From the human T2T-CHM13v2.0 reference genome, Homo sapiens: a DNA stretch of 64,000 nt. The position numbers and the translations under genes are program-made. Where the stretch lies: assembly GCF_009914755.1 (NCBI RefSeq), contig NC_060929.1; one strand, written 5' to 3'. Each line of letters begins with the position of its first letter. The stretch's first letter is position 1. This document shows positions 29,266 to 44,750 of the stretch, in pieces. The notes under the pieces are model-generated. The model saw only the letters and a list, made by a program, of their open reading frames with translations, was not told the origin of the DNA and did no database searches.

Positions 29266-29881
29266 TTCTAGGGAAAACAACTGCAGTACATTTGATGTTT
29301 TTGTAACATTTATTTTAAGTTCAGGGGTACATATGCAAACTCTTCAGGTTTGTTACATAGGTACATGTGTGTCATGAGGGTTTGTTGTACACATTATTTC
29401 ATCACCCAGGTATTAAGCCTGGTATCCATTAGTTATTTTTCTTGATCCTCTCCTTCCTCCCATCCTTCACCCTCTTATAGACCCCAGTGTGTGTTGTCCC
29501 CTCTGTGTCTGTGTGTTCTCATCATTTAGCTCCCACTTATAAGTGAGAACATGCAGTACTTGCTTTTCTGTTCTTGTGTTAGTTTGCTCAAGATAATGGT
29601 ATGCAGCTCCATCCCTGTCCCTGCAAAGAACATGGTTCCCTTCTTTTTTATGGCTGCATAGTATTCCATGGTGTATATGTGCCACATTTTCTTTATACAG
29701 TCTATCACTGATGGGCATTTGGTTTGGTTCCATGTCTTTGTTATTGTGAATAGTACTACAATGAACATATGTGTGCATGTGTCTTTATAATATGAATAGA
29801 ATAAATAATTTATATCCCCTGGGTATATACTTAGTAATGGGATTGCTGAGACAAATGGTATTTCTGTCTTTAGGTCTTTGA

Positions 29882-30387
<506 letters not shown>

Positions 30388-31204
30388 TCATTTCAACTGG
30401 TGTGAGATGGTGTCTCATTGTGGTTTTGATTTGCATTTCTCTAATGATCAGTGATACTAAGCTTTTTTTTTCAAATGCTTGTTGGCTGCATGTAGGTACA
30501 AACCACTGCTCAAAGAAATCAGAGATGACACAAACAAGTGAAAAAACATTCCATGCTCAGGCATAGAAAAAGTCAATATAATCAAAATGATCATACTGCT
30601 CAAAGCAATTTATAGATTCAATGCTATTCCCATTAAACTACCATTGATGTTTTTCACAGAACTAGAAAAAATGATTTTAAAATTCATATGGAACAAAAAA
30701 AGAGTCCAAACTGCCAACACAATCCTAAGCGAAAAGAACAAAGCTGGAGGCATCACGCTATCCGACTTCAAACTATACTACAGGGTTACAGTAACCAAAA
30801 TAGCATGGTGCTGGTACAAGAATAGATGCACAGACCAATGAAACAGAATAGAGAATGCAGTAATATGATGACACGCCTGCAATTATCTGATCTTCGACAA
30901 ACCTGACAAAAAAAAAAAAAAAGAAATGCAAATTCTTCATCGCCAATCAAATCTACTAGAAATAAAAACAAAACAAACAAACCAGCAAACAAAACTCTCT
31001 GTGGTTGGGGCCTCAAGCTTCAGAAGTGGTGACTTCTTTGTGAACTACTTTAGGGAATTATATTGCACACAATAAAAAAAAATCTGGATTCTGAATCAAC
31101 ACTAGTAGGAAAACTGTGAACCAAGAACAACCACATTAAATGGCTATTTTAGAAACAAATTTGTTTTTGTGTTTATTCACAGATAGTTTTAATTGATACC
31201 TGGA

Positions 31205-31932
<728 letters not shown>

Positions 31933-31969
31933 AACCAGCTAGCATTATCTTAACTAATAGAATCGTTTT

Positions 31970-32545
31970 ACTGTCCTCCTTAACAAATTCCATTTTCCCA
32001 CATGATAGCCAGAGTGATATGTGGCCTACACTTTCTTCCCTCAGCTTAAAAATCCTCAGTGGATTTTCTTGCATTATTTAATTATTAAAACTCCATTATT
32101 CAAACTGAATCTCAAGGTCCGGCAATATTTGGCCCTTGTCTATTTCTCCAACATCATCCCAAAGTATTCTTCTCTCTTTCTTTGCTAGTAGCTTCCATAT
32201 ATATACATGCGTACAAATATAACAGTTTCTAGAATGTGATAAAGTGTTTTCTGTAATAAGATCTTCTTTTATGTGGCTCACTTTACTAATAATGTTTTCC
32301 TTCTTAACTCTTTACCTAATTCCCATTCAACTCCTATTTCATCTTAAGTGTTATTGACTGAGTGTTCCCTAACTCTCCATTTAATTAGGCACTTCATTTT
32401 ATTTTCATTAAGAACACTTTAATTGTGTAGTTATATATATGTTTATGTGTTTAATGTTTAATTTTACAATTACTCAGAAGGCTGAATGAGAGCAGGAAAC
32501 ATGTCCTTATGTGGCCTATATTCATTATCATTTTATACTATTATT
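31970..32545 (+). mobile_element. LINE-2 3' region; resumes at ~33401-33455
   Basis: tagccagagtgat...cttaaaaatcctcagtggatt...tgagagcaggaaacatgtc; terminal aaatgaatg after the ERVL. Confidence 0.65.
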
Positions 32546-32547
32546 AG

Positions 32548-33400
32548 CAGGGAGACATCACTTATTTTTCTGAGAGAACTGAGAAATAGTTTATCTAGCA
32601 TTACATTATACAATCAGCTGAGGGGTTTGCTGAGGGGAAAAGGAATACAGAATGGAAGAAGGAATACAGTAGTGGAAGAATGTATTTAGAAATATCAGCT
32701 ACACCAAGTAACCAGTTACAATTGTTTGTGTACATATATTAAGCAAACATTGCTTTACTTCCGCTATTATTCCCTTATCATGTAACACAATGTGTATTGA
32801 TTTAAATAATAGTATTTAGGTATTGCTAGTGCATTTTCAGTTGTATGCAGGCCGGTTGTCTCATGTTAAGTGGAAGTATGACCTTGTTATTGTCCTTTTT
32901 TAGAGATTAAATATGGTTTAAGGAGATGCATATGGATGCCGGAAGGACAAGGGGTGGACTTGTGATGGTTAATTTTATGTGTCAGTGCATCTGGACCACA
33001 ATGCTCAAATATTTGGACAAACATTCTGTAGGCTTCTGTAAGGGCATTTTTAAGTGAGATTAACATTTAAATCAGTAGATTTAAGTGAAGCAGATTGCAC
33101 TCCATAATGTGGGTAAGCCTCATGCAATCATCTGAAAGCCTGAATAGAACAAAAAGACTGACGTCCCTTGAGCAAGAAGGAATTCTGCAAGCAGATGGAC
33201 TTCAGACTTCTACTGCAACATCATTTCTACTGGGGTGGCCTGACAGTGTCTGCCCACCTTGCAGATTTTGGACTTGCCAGCCTCTATAATCACGTAAACC
33301 AATTACTTAAAATAAATCAATGTCTATGTATATCAATGTCTATGTCTATGCACATCCTACTCGTTCTGTTACTCCTGGAGAACTCTGGCTATTTAATGCA
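32548..33400 (+). mobile_element. ERVL internal 3' end (~32548-32960) plus MLT2-type 3' LTR (32961-33400)
   Basis: ERVL-like ttaaggagatgcatatggatgcc...acaaggggtggact polypurine tract directly precedes tgtgatggttaattttatgtgtca. Confidence 0.8.
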
Positions 33401-35989
33401 GAGTTTGCAAAACACCTGAGCCTATATATATGCTCAGATGTGTAAATGAATGCTGTTTATTGGGAAGAAGTCTCAATGGCCTGTTCAGATACTCAAAGTA
33501 GTCTGATCTGAATTATGTCTAAGAATCTTGCCTAAATTGTCTCTCTATTTAGCAACATATTAATTATATCGATAAACCTGGAAGGCAAATTTTTACGTTC
33601 TGAATTGATCTAGAAAGTACGATCCCCAGTGTATTACTTATTTAACTGAAGCAGCGGCAATGACTCGGTAGTACTTTTCCAAGACAAATGTATAGCATTT
33701 CTTCAGTGTGATTTCAAAAGAGCATGAGACCTGTATATCCTTCAGCCTCAGTCCACTCTTTAGTCTAAATTTCCTGACAGGAAATGCTTATGGAAGAACA
33801 GTTGACCTACTCATACAGTTTAATTTACTTCTGAAGTATGAAAAATAAATTTTCATGCATAGGGTATGTGAAAGCTAGGATTATGAAAAACAGTCTCTAA
33901 ATCTTTTTAATTAGTGTGTGGGTGAACAGAATACACCTTACAGACAAATTACAGTATTTATCCATGAAAGTTAAGCATGCTGGTGAATCACCAATTTCTT
34001 TTAATTCCAAAAATTTAACATACAAATTCCATATGCCTTTCATTACAGGTATGAAGAAAGAGAGAAATAAGAAAAACAAATTTTACTGCTGTATAACTAT
34101 TTTACATATCTAGTATTTAAAATACCTACAAAAATGTAACTGCAGAATCCAGAAAGGCTTAACCTCTATCAAGCTGAGAGCGTGAAACTGGTTCTCCTAT
34201 CAAGTTCACACAACTCTTTCAGAGTACTTCCCATGACACTGTCTCAAGTGTGCTGCAGACTAAGCCTCCTCGGTTAGGTTCTTTCAGCCCGACATCATCG
34301 TGCTCCCTCTTATATTGAACCACTTCGTCCCCATCATATGCTGACCAAAATTGTAATCCGTGATCTAGTAGAAACAAGTGTGTGTGATTTCATCATTCCT
34401 TTGAGACACTTTAGATTTGTCAGAAAAAAAATGCTATTACCATAGCTCACAATGAGATTTCCCTAAGTTTTGCCCTCAAATTTCATTTCCTTACAGGATT
34501 TCTAAATTGCAAGTGTGTTCTTGCTCTTTTCATACTGGAAATAGTGCACAAATGCAGGCAATAATGGGCTCTACTTGGCTATATAAAGTGTAAATTATAG
34601 AATTTTCACTTCATGTGTTAAAAATAAACCATTTGTAAGAAATTCATCTTTCGTTTTTATATACATAATTCAAATAAAAGCACAACTTTACAAGTATCTT
34701 CATTTCCCATGTTCATTTTGACAAGGTTATTATTCACCTCCCCTAGTAATTTATTTTCCTTTATCTTTCTGTCACAAAGAATCCAGAAGAAAAAAAAAAA
34801 ACGACTATAGTATTACATTTCTCAGTGTTTCCTTGAATATAGTGTTTCAAATTATCAATCAAACTAAGGTTAATATTTCTTCCAAAGTCAAAATTTGTAT
34901 TGAATTAAAAGAATAGAAGAGAAAGAAGCCAACTATGGAATTACAAAATGAAGCTGATAATTTATTGAACAGTTTTAGGTTTTTGCATTCATAAATAGAC
35001 TTTCCTCTTGCCCAATATAAAGGCCATTTCAAACAAATTATTCTGTGAATAAATGTATTAGTCGTGGTTCAATTCAAAGCGTCTATTACGCATTTCTTCA
35101 ATGAGTCATTTTTAGTTATATATTTATTTAAGTTGCCTATAGCCCCAATAAATTTGTTCTCTTACAGTTCATGAAATATATGGCAATGAGGTTGAAAGTA
35201 TGTCTTTTACCTTATTTTTATTTCTAACCATTTCTCAAAGATTCAAAATATGAATCATATCTATTGGAACCAATTTTACAATTCTTCTTTAAAGGCAATC
35301 TTTATGACTCTCAATTTATTTGAATGACAAAGTGATCATTATGTAAATGATAATTATAGAAAGCATTCAAAAGGGAAGGCTTTTAAAATAATTTATATTT
35401 AATTTTCTCTAATGTAACATTAACAAAAATAAATTTTTATAGGACCTATTGGTTGCATAGAAAAAATTATAAATTAATAGATGTATCTAAAACTAATGAA
35501 AGGAAATGAATATGAATTGTTAGCTTTCAATCAAAGCAAGTGAACACGAGACAATATAGAAAAAAGCTTAATTACTTCCTGATTCAACAGTTAGAGTTCC
35601 TCTAAAATGGTAGTAATATTTTTGATAAAATCTATAATACACTTATGATACTTTTCTATTTTATAGTAAATTTTTACATTTGTCAAATTTTAATCTGACT
35701 ACCTCATAAATAAAAAATTAATCAGATACTTAAATATATCTGTTTTCAGAACATATTCTATATAAATATAATCTTATCAATTTTGAATGTTAGGTTCAGG
35801 GATGAAAGTTTTTAAAAGGCTTTCTATTTCCTTTCTTACTCACTTTATCCTTTTTGGGGGAAAGTGTTAAGTTGGATAAAAGGTCTATTTTCTCATATAG
35901 AGTAATTTTCTTAAACCTATACATAGTCTTTTAACACATAGTTTTTTTACTTGTTTTGTTATTGTTATTGAAGAAGACATATTCTTGGG

Positions 35990-37906
35990 CTTGATGATAT
36001 ATTACAATTCTATACACCAAGGAAATTACTATGTTTCTCAAGACACCTAGCATTGCCCTGACCCAAGATACTTTCATGCTCTTTTTCAGTTACTGACTTC
36101 CAGATCTATCACCATAGATTCATGTGCTTGTCTTTGAATTTCATATAAATTGTATCATGCAGTATGTACTTTTCTGTATCTCATTTCTTTAACTCAATAT
36201 ATTTTAAAATGTTGTCTGCAGTTTGCCTATGTTTTTTCTGAGTAGTATTCCTTCCTATTAATATATAGCACAATTTGTTTATCTATTCACTTGTTGAACA
36301 TTTGATGCAATTCAGGTCTGTTATGAATAAAGTTGTTATAATCATGCCTGTCTGTGCATGTCTTCTGGTGCACACAGGCATTCATCTCTTAAGTATACAC
36401 TTCTCATTGGAGCATCTGGGCCATAATTATCTAACGCTCAGTTTTATAAGGCACTAAAATAGGGTTTTCCAAAATAAATGTACAAAGTTCTATTGTCACC
36501 AGAAAGGTATGAGTGTTTCTGTTGGTCTACATCTTTCATAACACCCAGATTGCCTGCAAAAAAAAAAAAAAAAAAAAAATTTAGGCATTTTGATGGGAGG
36601 GGAATACAGTAGAATAATATTTTGGTTGTAATTTCACTATCTCTGATCACAGATAATGTCAAGTATATTTCACTGACAGAACATTTGTAAATTCTTTTTT
36701 AACAAATGCCCCCTAAAATATTTATTAGACTGTTTTTTTCTTATTGATTTGTATGAATGATTTACCTATTATGGATACAATGTTGATTTCATATATGGCT
36801 ATTGGGAAACCTACCAGTCTGTGACTTGTCTTACATACTCACTTTATTAATGTTGTCTTTTACTTAATTCTTAAATTTTGTGTAGTTCAACATATCTTTT
36901 TTAAAATCTAGTGATTTTAACAGATTTATTTGGATACAATTTACATAAAATAAAATTAAATCACTTAAAATTTACATCTTAACTCTTGGTCAGTTAATAA
37001 AATCATGTAATCAAAATCACACTTAAGGTATATCAATTGTATCACCCTGTCGAGTTTCCTCATTCTCCATTGCAGTCAGCTCAATCCAAATATCTACAGT
37101 CCAGGCAAACACTAATCTGCTTTCTATCACTGTAGGTTTATTTTGTTTGGAAATTTATATTCACAGAGTCAAGAGGTATGTCATCTTTTGTATTTTTTTT
37201 CAATTAACATGACATTTTTGAGGTTCATCCATGTTTCTGTGTGTATTAGTCGTTTTCCCTTGCTGTGGCTGAATAGTAATCCGCTGTACAGATATACTAC
37301 ATTTTAATTGCCCATTCACCTGTTAATGTTTGGATTGTTTCTAGTTTTAGACTATATGAATAATGCTATTAAAATACATTAATCAAAAGTCATTTTGTGG
37401 TCAGATGCCTTCATTTATAATGAAGAGATGTCAAAAAGTGTGATGGTTTGTAACCATATTGTAAGTGTATATTAGCTTTCTAAGAAACTCCCCAACTCAT
37501 TTGCAGTGTGGTTATCCCATTTTGCATTCTCAGTAACAATGCCTGAGTCATTAATACTTTCAGCTGTTTTAATTTTTATCATTCCTATACTGTGAAGTTG
37601 TAGTTCATTGAAGTTCTAACTTCTATTTCTTGAAGACTAGTGACATCGAGCAGTGTTTTACAAGCTTTTGAATATTAACATATTGTCTCTGTGAAGACAG
37701 TTTTATTAAGCATCTGACATTTTTAATTGTTTTTTTCTTTTTTAATCAAATTAAAAGCATTGTTACATTACTTTTTTATTTTTAATATTTTTGGATTTGT
37801 TATTTCCAACTGGTAACCAGCCTTTCATTTCTGGGATAAAATTCAATTAGCTATGATGCATAATTCTTTTTACATACTGCTAGACTTGATGTGTCTATAT
37901 AATGAT
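35990..37906 (-). mobile_element. Nested old L1M (L1MC/ME/MB-like) fragments
   Basis: Two T-rich L1 3' ends (near 36000 and 36920) plus an ORF2 segment (ctgggataaaattcaattagctatgatgcataatt). Confidence 0.75.
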
Positions 37907-37921
37907 AAGAATTGTTTTTTC

Positions 37922-38221
<300 letters not shown>

Positions 38222-38236
38222 AAGAATTGTTTTTTC

Positions 38237-41200
38237 CTTTCCAACATTTATTATAGAATCGAGGTACATGGCAGCCTTGAAACATGGGTAAACTGCATGT
38301 TAACAGGGGTTTGATGTACAGATTATTTCATCACACAGTTAACAAGTGTAGTACACATTAGATTGTTTTTCAAACTTCACTCTTCTCCCACCCTCCAACC
38401 TCAAGTAAGCCTTTGTGTTTATGTTTCCCTTCTTCATGTCCATGTGTACTCACTGTTTAGCTCCCACTTAAAAGTAAGAACATGCGGTGTTTGGTTTTCT
38501 GTTCCTGCTTTAGTTCACATAGGATAGTAGCCTTCAGATCTATCCATGTTGCTGCAAAGGACATGATCTTGCTCTTTTTATGGCTGCATAGTATTCCATG
38601 GTGCATATGTACCACATTTTCTTTATTCAGTCTACAATTAATGGGCATTTAGGTAGATTCCTTGTCTTTGCTAGTGTGAATAGTGCTGCAATGAACATGT
38701 GCATGTATGTGTCTTTACGGTAAAATGATTCATATTCCCTTGGGTATATAGCCAGTAATGGAATTTCTGGGTCGAATGGTAGTTCTGGGTTAAGTTCTTT
38801 GAGAAATCTCCAAACTGCTTTCCCACACACTGTGGCTGAACTAACTTACAATCCCACTAGCAGTGCAAAAGCATTTCCCTTTCTCCACAACCTCACCAGT
38901 ATCTGTTATTGTTTGTTTTGTTTTGTTTTGTTTTTTTAATAATAGCCATTCTGTTTGGTGTGAGATGGTAGCTCATTGTGATTTTGATTTGTGTTTCTCT
39001 AATAATCAGTGATGTTGAGCACTTTTTTGTATGCTTCTTGGCCACATGCATGTCTTCTTTTGAGAATTTTCTGCTCATATACTCAGCTCACTTTTTAATG
39101 GGGTTATTTGTTTTTTGCTTGTTCAATCATTTAAATTCCTTTATAGTCTCTGGATATTAGGCCTTTGTCAGATCCATAGTTCGCAAATATTTTCAACCAT
39201 TCTGTAAGCTTTCTATGTATTTTGTTGATAGTTTCTTTTGCTGTGCAGAGCTCTTTAGTTTATTTAGATCACATTTGTCACTTTTTGATTTTGTTGCAAT
39301 TGCTTTTGGGGTCTTTGTTATGAAATCCTTATCAGAGCCTATGTCCAGAATGGTATCTCTTAGGTTTCCTTCTGGGGTTTTTATGGTTTTACGTAAACTA
39401 TAAAACTATATAAACTCTATACCTATAGTTTGAGGTTTTACATGTCAGATTTTTTTTAATCCATCATGAATTGGTATTTATTTATGTTGAAAGGTAGGGA
39501 TCCCGTTTCAGTCTTCTGCATATGGCTAGCCAGAATCGTTTATTGAATAGGGAGTCCTTTCTCCATTGCTTGTTTTTCTCAACTTTGTCAAAGTTCAGAT
39601 GGTTGTAGATGTGAGGCTCTATCTCTGTGTTCTCTATCCTATTCCATTGATCTGCATGGCTGTTTTTATACCAGTACCATGATTTTTTTTTTTTCTGTAA
39701 CCTTGCAGTATAATTTGAAGTCAGACAGTGTGCTACCTCTGGCTTTGTTCTTTTTGCTTAGGACTGCTTGGGCTATTCAAGTTTTTTTTTTGGTTCCTTG
39801 TAAACGTTAGAGTAGTTTTTTCTAATTCTGTGAAAAATGACATTGGTAGTTTTATAGGAATAGCATTGAATTGCAAATTGCTTTGGGCAATATGACCATT
39901 GTAACAATGTTGATTCTTCTTGTCCACGATCATGGACTGCTTTCTCATTTGATTGTGTCATGTCTGAGTTCTTTCAGCAATATTTTGTAATTCTTGTAGA
40001 GATCTTTAACTTCCCTGACTAGCTGCATTCCCAGGTATTTAATTTTTTTCTATGGCTATTGTAAATGAGATTGTATTGTTGATTAGGTTTTCAGCTTGGA
40101 TGTTGTTGGTATATTGTAATAATACTGTTTTTTGAGTAATTATTTTGTATCCTGAAATTTTTCTGAAGTTGTTTATCAGATCTAAGAGCTTTTGGGCAGA
40201 GACTATGGGGTTTTCTAGGCATAACATCATATCATCTGTGAAGAGAGATAGTTTGAATTCCTTTCTTCCTATTTGGATATCTTCTATTTCTTTCTCTTGT
40301 CTGATTGGTCTGCCTAGAACTTCCAGTACTATGTTGCATAGGAGTGGTTACAGTGGGCATTCTTGTCATGTTTTAGTTCTCAAGGGGAATGGTTTCAGTT
40401 CATTTTATTGGACTCCTTATTCAGTATGATATTGGTTGTGGATTTGTCACAGGTGGTTCTTATTTTTTAGAGGTATGTCCCTTCAATGTCTTGTTTGCTG
40501 AGGGTTTTAACATGAAGAAATGTTTGAATTTATCTAAAATCTTTTTCTCATCTATTAAGATCTATTATGGTTTTTGCTTTTAGTTCTCTTTATGTGATAT
40601 ATTACATTTACTGATTTGCATATATTAAACAAAGCTTGCATCCCAGGAATAAAGCCTATTTGATCATGATAGATTAGTTTTTAGTAGTGCTGCTGCATTT
40701 GGTTTGCAAGTATTTTGTTCAGGCTTTTTGCATCTGTGTTCATCAGAGATATTGGCCTGAAGTTTTCCTTTTTTGTTGTGTCTCTGCCAGATTTTGGTAC
40801 AAGAATAATGCTGGCCTCAGAATAAGTTAGGAAGAAGTCCCTATTCCTCTTCATTTGTTTTTGGAATTGTTTCAGTAGGATTGTTCCAGCCCTTCTTTAT
40901 ACAATGGGTAGAATTTAGCTGTGAATCGTCTAGTCCAGGAATTTTTTTCAGGTTGGTAGGCTTTTTATTACTGATTCAATTTTCATACTCATTACTGATG
41001 AGCATGGGGTTTCAATTTCTTCCTGGCTCACACTTGGGATATCATATGTTTGAAGGAATTTATCCCCTTCTGAGTTTTCTAGTTTGTGTGTATAGAAGTG
41101 TTCATAATAGTCTCTGAGGGTTGTTTTATATTACTGTGGGGTTGGTGGTAATGTCCCCTTTGTCATTTCTGATAGTGATTATTTGGATCTTTCCTCTTTT

Positions 41201-44025
41201 TTCTTCTTATTATTATTCTAGCTAGCAGTCTATCAGTCTTATTTATTCTTTCAAATAACAAATTTTGGTTTCACTGAATTTCATTCAGTTCAGCTATGTT
41301 TTGGGTTATTTTCTTCTGTTTTGCTAGCTTTGGAGTTGGCTTGCTCTTGTATTTCTAGTTTCTCTAGGTGTGATGTGAGGTTGTTGTATGTATGTATGTA
41401 TATACATGTTAGAAATATATATATTTAATATATATTATAGAAATATATAAAAAGAAATGTATAGTTAGAAAATGTGTGTGTTTAGCACTATAAGCTTTTC
41501 TCTTAACTTTCAAAAAACAGAAATCATACCAGCCACAATCTTGGACTACAGAGCAATATAAATAGAAAGCATTACTAACATGGCCTCTCAAAACTATGCA
41601 ATTACATGGAAATTAAAAAGCCTTCACCTAAATGAGTTTTGGGTAAACAATGAAATTGTATCTGCTTTAGCTATGTCCCAGAGATTCTGGTATGTTGTAT
41701 CTTTATTTTCATTAGTTTCAAAAATTTCATTATTTTTGCCTTAATTGCATTGTTTACCCAAAACTCATTTAGAAGAAGGTTGTTTAATTTCTATGTAATT
41801 GCATAGTTTTGAGAGATCATGTTAGCAATGCTTTCTATTTATATCGCTCTTTAATCCAAGATTGTGGCTGGTATGATTTTGCTTCTTTGAAAGTTGTTGA
41901 GAATTGTTTTATGGTCAACTTGTGGTCAATTTTAGAGTATGTGCCATGTGCAGATGAGAAAAATGTATATTTTGTTGTTTGGTGCATTCTCTAGATGTCT
42001 TTTAGGTCCATTGGGTCAAGTGTTGAGTTTAGGTCCCAAATATATCTGCTAGTTTTCTGCCTCAATGATCTATCTAATATTATCAGTGGCATGTTGAAGT
42101 CTCCCACTCTTACTGTGTGATTATCTAAGTGTTTTTGTAGGTCTCTAAGACCTCGTTTTATGAATCTGGGTGCTCCAGTATTGGGTGCATATATATTTAA
42201 GATAGTTAAGTCCTTCCTTTGAATTGAACACTTTAATATTATGTAATGCCCTTCTTTGTCTTTTTTAATCATTGTTGGTTTAAAGTCTATTTTGTCTTAA
42301 ATTAGAATAGTAACCTCTGCTCTTTTTCATTTTCTGTTTGCTTGATAGATTTTTTTCCATCACTTTACTTTGAGCCTATCAGTGTCATTGAATGGGAGAT
42401 CGTTCTCTTGAAGACAGCATACAATTGGGTCTTGCTTATTTATTCAATTTTCCACTCTGTGCCTTTTAGGTGGGGTAAGTAGCCTGTTTACATTCAAACT
42501 TAATATTGATATGCATGGATTTAATCCTGCCAGCATGTTTTTAGCTGGTTGTTGTGCAACCTTGATTGTGTAGTTGCTTTAAGTGTCTATGTACTTAAGT
42601 GTGTTCTTGTGGTGGCCAGTAATGGTCTTTTGTTTCCAGTTTAGCACTCACTTAAGGGTTTCTTGTAAGGCAGGTCTGGTGGTAACAAATTCCCTTAGAA
42701 TTTGCTTGTCTGAAAAGGATTGTATTCCTCCTTCACTTATGAAGCTTACTTTGGCTGGATATGAAATTCCTTGTTGGAAATTCCTTCTTTAAGAGTGCTC
42801 AATATTGGCACCCAATGTCTTATGGCATGTAAGATTTCTTCTGATAGGTTCACTGTAGCCTTATGGGTTTCCTCTGTGCATGATCTGCCCCTTCTCTCAA
42901 GCTGCCTTTAGTATTTTTTGTTTCAAAATGATCAAGAAAAATCTGATGACTACATCTTGGGGATGGTTGTCTTGTACAGTATTTCACAAGAGTTTTCTGA
43001 ATTTGAATGATGAACACTCTAGCAAGGTTGGGGAAATTTTCATGAACAGTATCTGCAAATAAGTTTTCCCATTTGCTTGCTCTCCCTCTCAGAGACACCA
43101 ATGATTCATAGGTTTGGTCTCTTTACACAATCCCATGTTTTTCAGAGTTTCTGTTCATTGTTTTTTATTCTTTTCTCCTTATTCTTGTCTGACTTAGTAG
43201 ATTTGAAGAATCAGCCTTGAGCTCAGAGATACTTTCCCCAGCTTGATCTATTGTGCTGTTAATATTTTTGATTGCATTATAAAATAGTTGTAGTGAGTTT
43301 TTCAGCTCTATTGGATCAGTTGGTTCTTTCTTAAAATGGTTACTTCGTTTTTGAGCTCTTCTATCATTGTATTGGATTCCTTAGATTTCTTGGATTAGTT
43401 TTTTACTTTCTCCTGAATCTCGATGATCTTTATTGCTATCTAGATTCTGAATTCCATGTCCATCATTTCAGCCATTTCAGCCTGGCTGAAAACCATGGCT
43501 GGGGATCTAGTGTAGTCATTTGGAGTTAAGAATGCACTCTGGCTTTTTGAGTTGCCATAGTTCTTGCACTGGTTCTTTCTCATCTGTGTGGGCTGATGTT
43601 TCTTTAATCTTGAAATTTCTGGGCTTTCAATTCAGTTTTAATATTTTTATTCTTTGATGTCCTTGAGGGTTTCACCGTAATGTAACACAGCTGAGTCAAA
43701 AGAGTTGACAGTTCAGTCAACCCCCTTTATTTCTGGATGATTTCAGAAGGCCAAGTTTCAGCTCAGCGCTCCCGAGCTGCATGCTCAATCCCTGGGGGGC
43801 TAGTACCGGGCCTACAACTTGGTTCTCTGACAATTTCAGGTTAAGCACCTGGTTTGCTGGAGGGGCTGAGGTGTTCCAAGTGTGTTGGCAACAACACTCC
43901 AATGTGGACATTCTAACACAAGTGTTTAATCAGGGAAGGGGCAACATGGTTCATGCTGTGTACATGCTCTGGTGGCAGTGGGGGGACAATGTGGAGGGGT
44001 GCTTGAGCACTGAAATGGGGCAAGG
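38237..44025 (-). mobile_element. Near full-length old primate L1 (L1PA15/16-like), ORFs disrupted
   Basis: Colinear 3' UTR, ORF2 C-terminus, RT (40039-40230), endonuclease (41991-42272 KKDKEGHYI...LNIYAPNTGAPRFIK), ORF1 remnant (42850-43101) and GC-richer 5' UTR. The host L1M resumes after ~44026. Confidence 0.92.
41505..41895. repeat. Inverted repeat: 153-bp arms 41505-41657 and 41743-41895, 85-bp spacer
   Basis: Hand alignment gives ~16 mismatches in 153 bp with no gaps; ORFs 41409-41591(-) and 41809-41994(+) translate to near-identical peptides. Confidence 0.95.
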
Positions 44026-44374
44026 CAGGTATTTGTTACATATGTTTGTAAGTGGTATTGCATAGCAGTCTTCATTTCCTGTAATATATTTGTCTAGTCT
44101 TGCTACTAAAATAATAATTCCTTTATAATAATAATTCCTTTAGCCAGTACTTCTCTTTTCTCTACTGGCTTATATAGTTTGTACGGATGTGGTATCATTT
44201 CTATCTTAATGTTTGATAAAATTCACCAGTGAAGACCTCTGGACTCAGAGATTTTATCATATAAGGACATCTAAGTATGAACTCAATTTATTTAATTAAT
44301 CTAGGTTAATTCAAATTTTCTATTCCTTTTTAAATCCTTGTTGACACATTGTCACTGTCATTGCTTTTTGTGAC

Positions 44375-44750
44375 TTTATGTAAGGTTGCATCCAGTATAG
44401 CCACTTGCTTCATCCACAGCATGAGATTTAAGGAGAGAGAAAGACAGACATGTCAAAACTACAGTCTTTGATAATTATACACTAGTTGAATAACATTTGG
44501 CAGCTTGCTTCACTCAGAGGAAGATTTAAGAGGAGAGGGAAAGACACAGATGTCAAAACTACAGTCTTTCATAATTATACACTAGTTGAATAACATTTGG
44601 GTTGATTCCAGTTTGAAGTAACATACTATCATTTGTACCTATGCTACTTGTCAGACAGACAAATTCTAGTAAAATAGTTAAAGTGATTAAAAGAGGTTTC
44701 AAATACAAGGAGGCAGAGGTCATTGGGCATAATCATGTAGGAGGCTAATA
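44375..44750 (-). mobile_element. MLT1 (F/G-like) LTR fragment
   Basis: ggcagcttgcttca...acagtcttt...gaagtaacatactatca...aatacaaggaggcagaggtcattggg. Confidence 0.6.
44401..44600. repeat. Tandem duplication, 2 x 100 bp
   Basis: tgtcaaaactacagtcttt(g/c)ataattatacactagttgaataacatttgg occurs at 44451-44500 and 44551-44600. Confidence 0.95.

Noticed and set aside
38237-44025. Possible retrotransposition-competent L1
   Set aside because: ORF1 and ORF2 are broken into fragments under 100 aa, with internal insertions
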